DNA of 64,000 nt from Gordius albopunctatus. Taxonomy: Eukaryota. Below are positions 27,847 to 38,448 of this stretch, piece by piece (within the stretch, counting starts at the first letter, position 1; each line of letters opens with the position of its first letter). The notes under the pieces were generated by a model, which did not search any database, was not told the DNA's origin, and saw only the letters and a list, made by a program, of their open reading frames with translations. The stretch is from positions 4,402,001 to 4,466,000 of the forward strand of contig OZ193909.1 of NCBI GenBank assembly GCA_964276515.1, in the 5' to 3' direction. Both the position numbers and the translations under genes were made by a program.

Positions 27847-27923
27847 ATATTTTTTCTGTTCCACGTGTTTTACGCACTTGCCCTCTCTGCCTTCTTACTT
27901 TACCCTTATTCTCCCCCAAAATT
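27847..27923 (+). repeat. 5' terminal direct repeat (77 bp)
   Basis: Identical to 31999-32075. Confidence 0.95.
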
Positions 27924-27947
27924 GCTTTCTCGCCTTTTCCTCCTCAC

Positions 27948-30900
27948 ATGCCTAGAACTAGAAACACGGAGGACGGCCAGGAGGATAATAGCACTCCGCT
28001 GAGCCCTGTTAGACCAGGAGTTCCCGGTGCGGGCTCGGCGGACCTAATATCCCAGTTAGTGGAGATGCAGAGAGAACAGAACAGAGCGAATCAACGCCAG
28101 ATCGATAGCCTAAGGGAAATGTTAGCGGCATCGATGTCTGTGGTGGGGCCTAGTCACAGGCAACTAGAGCCAGCGAGCGTAGCTCCGATCCAAATGCCAT
28201 CAACAGTCCAAATTATACCGGCACCGGACCCACCAAAGACCCCGGCTTTCCTATGCGAGGAAATTGCGAAACATACGCAAGGTCTAGAGGAACTGCTCAG
28301 AGACCCAGACCAACGTGTCCAAAAAAGAGATAGACACGAAGCCAAGTACGCTATAATGATGTCTCAAGTATGTCTACCAACATCGCCATTAGACATACTA
28401 ATAGCACACGACAAGCGACTTAAAACCTTGTGCTTGGCCATAAAATTTAATTGGGCAACCGCAGCCAAGCATGACAACAGGCCCTCGGGCGAACCGACTC
28501 TCAACGGGGATAAAGACTCGGGTTCTCCCAGGTGGTGGCAACAAATTAAAAATTTTCTAAGGGAGACCCGCCGCCAGATCTTTTCCCCAGCGCAACCGGT
28601 AGAAGACGATAATTCCGATGGGCCAGCGCAGCCCCCTCCATTACCGCCACGAAAGTATCCTAAGATACCCACCGACGTTAGCGACCGCACTAACCCTGAT
28701 GACAAATCCCTCGGCGGGGACACCGGTTCGGGACATATCCCGGACCTTGTGGATAGGCACAAAGCCATCTTCCTATGGGGCAAGCAAAGCGTAACGATCA
28801 GGCCCAAAGGGCCTCTCGACATAAAAACATCTAGGCTGAAGCCGCATCCTTTAATGTCGCCCTTCACGCTAAAAGTAGCGTTTGAAGGATTCAAACCGCC
28901 ACTCGACCTCCCGAAAATAAGGAGGAATGACGGCCTGTTCAGGCCAGACAGGCGTAAAGGTATCTCAAAAGGAAGCCCAACTTACTTCACCACTATGAAA
29001 GAAGCGGGGGTTGTATCCGAGACTCAGTCGCTCGCCATCACCTCCGCAACCTTTTTTATAGCTAAACAAAATGGGGATGCCCGCGTAATCACAGATCTGT
29101 CAGAGGCTTCAAAAAATTTTAAGCATCTACCAGTCAAGTTGGCAACCATCCCCCTCACAGCTAAGAAACTGGCTAAAGCCAATTATGCGGCCAAGATTGA
29201 CATTAAAGCCGCATTTTTTAGCATACCGTTACACAAGAATGCTAAACGATACTGCGGCTACAAATGGCGAAACAAACTATATCAATACGAAGTCCTCCCC
29301 ATGGGGGCCTCCTTCTCGCCTTTTGTGCTTCAAACAATAGTTGCAGATTTGGTTAAAAAAGCGGTAAAACGTTGCAACTACAACGTATACCTCGACGATA
29401 TCCTGATCTTCGCTGAAGACGAGAATCACGTCATGGAAGACCTGGGAAACGTCGCCGAACTGGCCAAGGACTGGGGCCTCACAATAAACGTCAGCAAATC
29501 ATCATTATGGCCAGAAGACACAATCGAATACCTCAGTCTGATACTCGACTTCCGGACACACTCGATCAAAGTATCCACCAGCACTCAGACACGACTAAAA
29601 TATTCTGCGGACATACTCCACCTCTTCCTGTCAACGCCAACGCCGATAACGGACTACACACTAATGGAAGCCCTAGGGGTGCTCAACTACTTCTACTACA
29701 ACCTCACCGGGATGCCAAGGTTGTTTAGCACTTTCTACGCGATAGCCGCAAACAACAACGTCACTACCCACGATAGATCAGCAGCCCAGGCGAAACTACA
29801 GGGGTGCCTGGAAATCCTAAACCAAGTCATACCCTTACATAGAGAGCATGACACAACAATATACGCCGATGCCTCAGACGATCACATAGGCATCTCCTGG
29901 GGAGAACAAAACTTCTCCATAACGTTCAGGGACGCAGCACGAGCAATAGGACTAGAATGGGTGCACGAAGGGCACATCACCGCCACAGAGACTATTGCAG
30001 CTATCTACGCCTACCTGCATGCAATCCACAATGGAGCAAACTACCCGAAGGTCGTAACCGATTCCACAACAGCGTATTTTGTCCTACTCAAAGGAGGATC
30101 CAATTCCCCTATACTGGAATCAATTATCGCAAACTTTGTAGAGGCTACGAATTTAATTAAAAAACCTCCTTTCGCACGCTACTTTCACTTGACCCCGTCT
30201 AGGCAAATTTCTAACACGTTACTTTGGTTAATAGCTCCTCGCTTATACTTTATCATCGCCTGACTTATTCAAATTATTATTCACGCACCCTAATAATAGC
30301 TCCTCGCTTATACTTTATCATCGCCTGACTTATTCAAATTATTATTCACGCACCCTAATCATAAAAGTGAATACATTTAAGTATTTGAATGTCTCGCAAT
30401 TTACCTTATTATATACACAAATAACCTCGCAGAGATGTGTATATAAACGCGATGTTATTAAATAAAAGTATTCATTCATTTTTCCATTATCTTTTAACTT
30501 AACAGCACTTTAAACTTAACATTTGGTGACCCCGACGTTTCGGGGGAGCCGAAATTTTTGTTTATTCCTCCCCCTATAAATTTATAACCCAGGTCTACAT
30601 TGACCAGACTTTCAGGGGACACATAAATTTTCTCCACAATAACAGTCCCGTCAGTAATGGTGTTTGGTTTTCTTAGTTAAAATAAAACAATTCAGATATA
30701 GGGCATTATCTTCTAAATTCGGCATCCATATTTGTCCGACTGCTGGGAAAGATACAATCTACCTAACTATCTAATTGTTAATACGAAGAAAACCAGGTTA
30801 CCCTACTACTCCGCTACACAAGCAACAACATCGTCTACTGAACGTCCTATTGGTCCACTGCCCTGCCAATGAATTTATTTACAAAACACATCGCAGGACC

Positions 30901-31945
30901 GCTTGCAACGAGCAAAGACGACGTTCGGCAACGCAAAAACACTTACTACTACCTACCACTATCAAGGTTTTAACTAATACTGATCGATTTAACCGAGGGA
31001 AGAATGCGATTCTAAAATAGATATGTCTGCTCCGACAAATCTAATTATATATTGGATAGCACATCAACTTCTAGGGTCCTCGGTCACAACACCAGCAAAC
31101 ACTAGTGCAAACAATAAGCCTTTGATAAACTAAGCTAACTGAGTATTTTTACTACAACACGGATACCGAAAATTCAAATCCATCCAAATCTAGGCCTACC
31201 GACAAAATCGCTGAACCAGCTAACTCCGACACAGACCTAACAAAATCAAAAGAAAACCCATACATCACATCGAGAGGAAGGCACGTGCATTGGCGCTATA
31301 AACTACTACACTAACCACAACTCTGCGAGTGAAGGCCCGATGATAGTTGTAGAGGCTACGAATTTAATTAAAAAACCTCCTTTCGCACGCTACTTTCCCT
31401 TGACCCCGTCTAGGCAAATTTCTAACACGTTACTTTGGTTAATAGCTCCTCGCTTATACTTTATCATTGCCTGACTTATTCAAATTATTATTCACGCACC
31501 CTAATCATAAAAGTGAATACATTTAAGTATTTGAATGTCTCGCAATTCACCTTATTATATACACAAATAACCTCGCAGAGATGTGTATATAAACGCGATG
31601 TTATTAAATAAAAGTATTCATTCATTTTTCCATTATCTTTTAACTTAACAGCACTTTAAACTTAACAACTTCATAGCCTCTTATGACTTATCTCACCTCT
31701 TAAAACTACACTACAACATAAGGTGGATATCAACAAACAATAACCCAGCTGACCTACCATCTAGAACCTGGATGCCACCAGAAAGATACTCGGTGCCTGA
31801 TAGCCACTCTAACATCCCTCCACAGGGATTCGAAATACCGGAGATCCAACCCGACGAAATAGACGACCAAATAGACTTAGGTTTCTGGGAGAACGAAAAC
31901 CTTGGGGAAAGCAGCGAGGAAAACGAAAGCGAAATCCCTCGGTAA
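27948..31945 (+). CDS. Gag-like/RT/RNase H polyprotein, 820 aa when rejoined (27948-30136 + 31672-31945); interrupted by an LTR insertion
   Basis: RT motifs FFIAKQNGDARVITDLS, KIDIKAAFFSIPL, LPMGASFSPF, YLDD (29388-29399). RNase H motifs YADAS, HITATE, TDSTTA..KGGS, and after the insertion RWISTNNNPADLPSR (NPADLPSR at 31742-31765). The last ~42 aa of track ORF 27948-30263 are LTR read-through. Confidence 0.88.
30137..31667 (+). mobile_element. Non-autonomous two-LTR element (TRIM-like, Gypsy-derived)
   Basis: LTRs 30137-30521 and 31348-31667 (TG...CA); 4-bp TSD ACTT; PBS TGGTGACCCCGACGT (30524-30538) complementary to the tRNA-Trp 3' end; internal remnant YITSRGRHVHW resembles a Gypsy pol C-terminus. 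Confidence 0.92.
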
Positions 31946-31946
31946 A

Positions 31947-31994
31947 CACGTGACAAAGAGTATATAAACGGAAAAAAAGACAGCACCATCATTC
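31947..31994 (+). promoter_or_regulatory. Core promoter at the 3' end of the RT element (E-box, TATA, Inr)
   Basis: CACGTG 31947-31952; TATATAAA 31961-31968; TCATTC 31989-31994 with its A (31991) 30 nt downstream of the first T of TATA. Confidence 0.65.
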
Positions 31995-31998
31995 GCTC

Positions 31999-32075
31999 AT
32001 ATTTTTTCTGTTCCACGTGTTTTACGCACTTGCCCTCTCTGCCTTCTTACTTTACCCTTATTCTCCCCCAAAATT
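31999..32075 (+). repeat. 3' terminal direct repeat (77 bp)
   Basis: Identical to 27847-27923. Confidence 0.95.
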
Positions 32076-33287
32076 TTCGTTCTAATACCCACTTACATAC
32101 ACGCGCTCCGATTGTTATAAATTTGTATATGGGAATAACGCGTTAATAAAATACCCCCTGGTGAAACGTAAAAGCGTAGCCAGGGGATCCGAAAGGAATG
32201 GCATAACCAACCTTTCGGATTTATACGATGGAATTTTACTTTTAGTATTTTATTATTTTTATGCCAATGTCACCTTAAACTTTTAGGAGACAAAACATTG
32301 ATCAATAAAAATAGTTACAAAAAAATTTGAACTTACAATTTTTTTAACCCCCCCCCCCCTTGAGGAAATCCTACTTACCCCTATTCAAATAGACATAATT
32401 ATTGTTGAACAAAAGAGGAATATACTGTGTTAAAATAAAGTGCTATGAGCAACAGCATTTGCTCATATTGAATCTGTTAGTAAAATTTTACCGCTGCTCA
32501 GGCAGACAGCTCTATACATGAGTTACTTTTTGCTACTACCCAACCCACCCCTTCACCTCTCGAGCATTTTATCTGATACTGTATCCTACTCATGAGTAGA
32601 GTAGGATACACCATGCTTGTGATGGGGCAAGCTCACAGTGAGCAAATCAACATCACTATACGAGATAATAGTCTTGTTAAATCAATCGGGAAAGGGTAAG
32701 AAATATTGAGAGAGTTTTTTGTGACGAATTCGAATATGATTAAAAATTAAAAATAGAGCATTTGGGCCGTAAAATCAATTGTAGATTTCGACCTAAATTT
32801 TCCTTAATAGACATTTGTATATAATAAAAATTAACTAACGCCTTATATTAAATATTCAAAATCGTACTAGACATCATTCCTCATTTCATTGGTAACATAT
32901 AAATACTGATTAATAGTGTTAATTGTTTGAGACATTTTTATTGAGAGAAGGGTAAAAGTAACTATTTTATTTATGCATACAAATCAATGGAATAATAGGG
33001 AAGGGAAGGAGGCTAAAATTCTAGGGCGATTTTCAATCTTTTTAAAAAATTAAATAAAGTTTAACCCTAAGCTAGTTTTACAACCTAGATGCTTTTTTTA
33101 AATTTGATCAATTTGCTTTTACAGAACACATTTTTAAAAAGAGGCAAAACGCTTATTTTTGCAATTTGGCACCAAATTAGTTTATGAAATTGGCGTTTAC
33201 TGAAAAAACATTCGTGTATAGCACAATGAACTAAGACTCTTAAAATCTGTTAGCCGCGTTAAGGTTGATTTTATGTAGGCCAGTGAT

Positions 33288-35628
33288 TAGTGTTTCGATC
33301 TCGTCTCGGTCTCGAAAAAAAATCTCGTATCGGGAGCGATTATTAAAATCTCGTCTCGGCGAGAATTCTCGTCTCGTCTCGACTTATAAAAATAATTATA
33401 CCATATTTATTTTTTCTAGCTCTTATAAATTATTATATAAGATATAAAATAATCATAATGAAACTCATTTTTTATCTCAAACCCCAAAACACAAATTAGA
33501 TGAGTACTTAAGGTAGGAAGCATTAATATACGTGTTATATACTACTTAAGTCGAAGGTATAAAGTTGCTAATTAATAACTTTTATGGCTAAGGCTCAATA
33601 AAAGGATAAAGTTTTATAATATCATATTTTATTTTAACATAATAATTTATTGAGATTCTATAATAACGTTAAAATAATGACGAAAATGCTAGAGTAAACT
33701 TTTAAAAATATTATCATTATTTATAACAAGTAAAATAGGCATTATTGTTGGAATAACATAAAAGTTTTGAGATCTTACGCTAATTGCACATGTATAATTT
33801 AATTAAAGTTATCAAATATAAAATTTATCCAATTCTATTATAGTATGACATCCCCTTAATCCATTTATTATTAATTTTAGCATAAAATAATTACGTACTA
33901 ATAAAGCTTATGTTCATATATTTTAATTCATTGATAAATTGCAGCATTTTGCAAAAAATTCAATTAATTTAAATGCATATATGCCAAACCTACATCTTGA
34001 CGTAAAATCTTATGAATGCGATGGGTTGAAAATTGTTGAGGTGTGCAATGAGTTTAGGCATAGCAAGCTCCTGACAGATTCACGAGCATGGGCGTAGCCA
34101 ACATTGGGATTAGAGGGAGGGGGCAATAATAATTTAGGGAGAGGCAAAATGATCATTTTTGAAATTTTAGCCATAATTTTAATGAATTTCAACAAAATTA
34201 TGAATTTAGAGGGGTTCCCACCTTGGCTTTTCGAATTGTCAGACGATTTCGAAAACAATCTTTCGGCAGGCACCGAGGTCGCCGGAGTGCTCAGAAAATC
34301 TCTAGTCATGGCTTTTAAAATATTTTAACCAAAAAATTATATAATATATAGAATTATTTAGTTATTTTTAAAGGATAAGTTTGACATATAATAGCTGTTA
34401 AATGCTTAGATTTTTTAAAGCTTCTAGGTTGGCTGGGAAAAAGTTTTTGGGCAGTTTCATTCATTATTAACTTAAGATAAATAGTTCAAATTATTCTTTA
34501 ATTAAAACCGCCTATAGATGGCGCTAATTAGATGATACTTATAATTTAATTGCGGCACTCCTGAAAAGGGCTATTATTATCTTTAATTGCGGCACTCCTG
34601 AAAAGGGCTATTATTATCTTCATCAAAAAACCTGCAATTTATTAACAAATTTCTAATGTTATAAAAATCCTTATGATGGTAACGTTTAAGATGTTGTTGA
34701 AGATCACTGCTTTAAAGCAAACTTTAAACTAACCCATTTTATTGGATTCATCCTTGGATACTGTGAAATCCTTGAGCAGCTTGCTCTTTTTTGAGTTGGA
34801 GATGAACTTGTTGCTCATAAACTCATTATATGTCTACAATTTTTATATTATATAATAATGCTATAAAAATAAGTAATAAATACTAAAGAACGTTACTATT
34901 CCATTAATAATTACTCATAAAACTTTCTTTTACATAAAACTACTGAAAGAATCAATATTCTTACCTTTCATTAATTTTAATTCAGGATATTTACTTATTT
35001 CGATAATTTCCATAATTACCAATAGAATATATCAGCGCAACGTAATATATTAAGCGAAACTTTAAACGCGAAAAAAGGAAACTAAACTATTAATTATCAA
35101 GTACGATCAGTCAAGCATGACCTGCCAGCTTCGTAATACGCGTATAATAAAGCGAGGAGAGAGAGAGGTGAGGGGGGAGACGTGTATGGTATTGGTATAC
35201 TGTGCAGCAATGAGAGACTGCGTAAGCGAGAGAGACTGCGTAAGAGACATCCACGACAATACATAATTAATTGTTCATATACCCTAAGGTCCACTAATAA
35301 TATGTTGTCTATTGAATAAGATTATATTATAAATTGAAATTTGCGCGAAGCGGATAATTAGGTGCTTAAGTAATTTAGTATCAAAAGTTTCAAAATCATA
35401 TTAATTAGCATTTAATATCCTAAATGTAAATCTCATAAAATAAAAATTCCTAATTAGCTAAATTAAGTCTCAATAATTAAAAATAAAAATTAAAACCGAG
35501 ATCTCGCTGTAAAAACTCGTCTCGAGGTAAAAATTCTCGTCTCGATCTTGACTTAATTTTTAAATTCTCTTCGAGATTTTTCGAGACGAGACGAGACCGA
35601 GATTTTTCTAGGTTTTTCCGCATCACTA
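33288..35628 (-). mobile_element. hAT derivative (TAGTGTT...CATCACTA, TCTCG subterminal repeats) with transposase C-terminal remnant
   Basis: TSD ccagtgat/ccattgat; minus-strand RDFLSTPATSVPAERLFS at ~34250-34309, interrupted by a MITE. Confidence 0.85.
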
Positions 35629-37053
35629 CCATTGATATTTAAATAGTGATGTGATTTATCTTAATTTTGCTCGAACTGAGAAATATTAAATATCGCTGAA
35701 TTGATATTTTTATAAATTGTACATATTTGTAATTTGGCTGCTTGAGCTTCTGCCTTTGTGATAATTTTAATACAAAATTTCTCTCCTATACCCTAATTTA
35801 TATGACTCATAAAAAAATATGTAAGCAAGCCAAATCAAAATTCTGCCAATGAGTTATGACGTATGGTCATATTCATTTCTTTGGATGTCTATCTTGTTTT
35901 TATTTACTTTTTTAAAACATTGTATTTTTCAGACCTTCTAGCGGTTTATTTCTATATTAAGCATGAGTCTAAATGGTGTAAAATGCATTGTTTCTTGAAA
36001 GGTTTCTTAGTACAAAGTTCTAACATATGATCGTTTCCTTTAATTATAAAATTTAGCGCAATTAATTATTTAAATATGTCGAGTTACATTATTGAGGTGC
36101 TTTACACATAGGGAAATGCAACAAGTGGTGCAAATTAATTGATATTTAGAAAGTCAAAAATGCCTCTTATTAGAGCTAAGCAATCGAAAGGAGTAAACCT
36201 TAGTACCACCACCATCAAAAGAGTCTAGCATGACAAACGCTTCCTTAGTGTAAAATGCTTTTTTAATTGTTATTAATCTCTTTCTCTACGATCCTTAATT
36301 TAGATAAAATTACAATGGGCCAAAGGTTTTTATTTTTTAACACCTCCACATGTGTTTTATTTTCTAGCTACACTTCCTTCAGCTCACATTATTTGAAGAC
36401 GATATTACCGGAAGCACACAGCGTGTTACCAACTAGTTCACATTGTATAATATATTTAATGGCACATCCGAGTCTCTATGAAAAATAATATACTAATGGT
36501 CGGCACCTAGTTAAAAAAGAACAGAAAACTGGCACTTATGATATGGCTATTTTATGTACACCTAATATTATTCCAGCAGACCCCTCAGAACTCCTCGCAG
36601 TCGTAGGAAAGTGGTAGAACCATGTGACGTCATTAAAGGTATTTTCTATATAGGACCAACAATCTTAAAGCAAACTTTAAATTTCTTCTTACACTATGGG
36701 GTGTCGGCAATTGTTAATTGCTATGGCACAAATTTTTTTAAAGTTTATTTGTTAAAAATCCGTTGACAGTAATATAATATAAATACATGAAATATAAAAA
36801 CAAAATGCGTCGAATAAAATAATACACTATTCTGATATATCATCATCGAGGAGATCTCCCAAAAATTGGCCAAGAATCCGCAAACGATTTAAAATTGTAC
36901 TTGGATATAAGAATCAAAGGTCATTAGAATTTTTCTGCCCGAACCCGGTCCGGCCCGATTTTATAATTAATCTGCCCGCACGAGCCCGCCCGAACCCTTC
37001 TATGTGTCCGCCCGGTAATGCCCGAATTATCAGAGCTGCCCGAAATGCCCGGT

Positions 37054-38448
37054 TAGTGTTTCGATCTCGTCTCGGTCTCGAAAACAAAATCTCGTCTTGT
37101 CTCGGCAGCGATTATGAAAATCTCGATCTCGTCTCGTCTCGGTCTAGAAAAATCTCGTCTCGTCTCTCGACTTTTTAAAAAAAATATATACGGAATAAAA
37201 TTCTCTCCTGTTTTATTAAAAATATTAAATAAGTTTTAAAAAATTAAAATGGCAAATTTTTATATTTTTTGATAAACTTTAATACACAAACTTTTTAAAG
37301 ATTTAGCGGGACACGACATCTCATTGTCAATAAAAAGATATGAATTCATTAAAAAAAATAACATTTTCTATGGAAAGTGCAGACTAAAAAACTATAAATA
37401 AATTTGAAGTATAGAAAATTAATAATTTCGGTTATATTTGACTTAGTTGCACAATTTAGCAAATTGAGACCCTTTATTAACCCTGGCTAAAGCTTCAAAG
37501 TAGACCTTAACTAATTTAAGGCAAGCATTTAAGTCCATTAGTACCATGCTTAATTAAGGCTCATAGTGTTTATTGCATGTTTACTATAGCGTTATAAACC
37601 ACAATGTTCGAGTGAATTTTAATGGATAATATTATTATTTACAGAATTGATAACTAGATGCACATATAAAAACGGATAGAAACAACAATAAAAGCAGCGT
37701 TGTTATAGGATTAGGAATATGAGGTTTTAAACTCTAAATTGCACGTATTTAAATTTATGACAAAAATCACCAAATAATTATCTTCCAATTCTAACTAACT
37801 TTGACATTAAATAGTTATTTATCGAACATAGTTGAAGCATAAAACTTCTAGAAAACTCATGCTTTAGATTTAATCTATTGCGGTGTCATTAAATACTCTA
37901 TTGTACTTTTGAAATCGTTAGGCGGGTGCTAAAAAATCTCGAGCCACCTTAGCTTAACTAGTTTAATTATTCAAACTGATTGACCACCAATTTATAATTA
38001 CCGCATTATGCAGGATGAATAACTGCGAAATATAAATATGCTTTGTTTATATTTACTATTCAATCAGAACTCATTCTAAGCCTATAATTTTGTAATATTT
38101 AATAATGCTATGGATTTAAATATATGATAAAGATATTATAAAATTATTCACATACCCTAAGGGTCAACCATACTTAGGTAAATCCTGCAAAAAATATAAT
38201 ATTTACAGGAATTTTTTTAATGTCAAATATATTCCATACGTATTAATTTAAACTTAATACCTTAATAGTAAATCATGCAAATTAAAATACACAATAATTT
38301 ACTAAAATATAACGATAAAAAAGTCGAGATCTCGCCGATAAAATCTCGTCTCGTCTCGACATCAAAATTCTCGTCTCGATCTCGACTCCATCTTTTGAAT
38401 TCTCGTCTCGACGAGACCGAGATTTTTCTCGGTTTTTCCGCATCACTA
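37054..38448. mobile_element. Non-autonomous hAT element (TCTCG family)
   Basis: Same ends as the 33288 element; TSD tgcccggt/tgcccggc; inserted in a CCCG-type MITE. Confidence 0.88.

Larger units (their letters stand above)
27847..32075 (+). mobile_element. Retroelement with hepadnavirus/DIRS-like RT-RNase H, no recognisable integrase, 77-bp terminal direct repeats
   Basis: Identical repeats at 27847-27923 and 31999-32075; single ORF; 2694 bp after removing the nested LTR element. Confidence 0.85.
27789..32385. mobile_element. hAT-type MITE interrupted by the RT element
   Basis: Ends CACTGGCGTA...TACCCCTATT; flanks caaatagc/caaataga (7/8 TSD). Confidence 0.55.
26547..32658 (+). mobile_element. 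Degenerate hAT transposon hosting nested insertions
   Basis: hAT dimerisation domain at 26757-26975 (LELWK..ETRFPALSKMAKDYL...SVPSERMFS); right end CATCACTA followed by tacgagat; tacgagaa at 26539-26546; left TIR not recognisable. Confidence 0.55.

Noticed and set aside
27882..27893. CTCTGCCT similarity to HBV DR1
   Set aside because: Too short in a pyrimidine-rich tract to be meaningful.
28364..28894. 176-aa antisense ORF within the RT element
   Set aside because: No recombinase or other motif; expected as the shadow of a GC-richer coding strand.
30137..30263. C-terminus of the 771-aa track ORF (VEATNLIKKPPF...)
   Set aside because: Read-through into the inserted LTR; the real C-terminus resumes at 31672.
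27847..32160. Canonical DIRS/PAT/Ngaro architecture or ordinary LTR retrotransposon
   Set aside because: No inverted terminal repeats, no B1/B2 split-repeat pair around the 3' repeat, no tyrosine recombinase ORF, no TG...CA ends or PBS.
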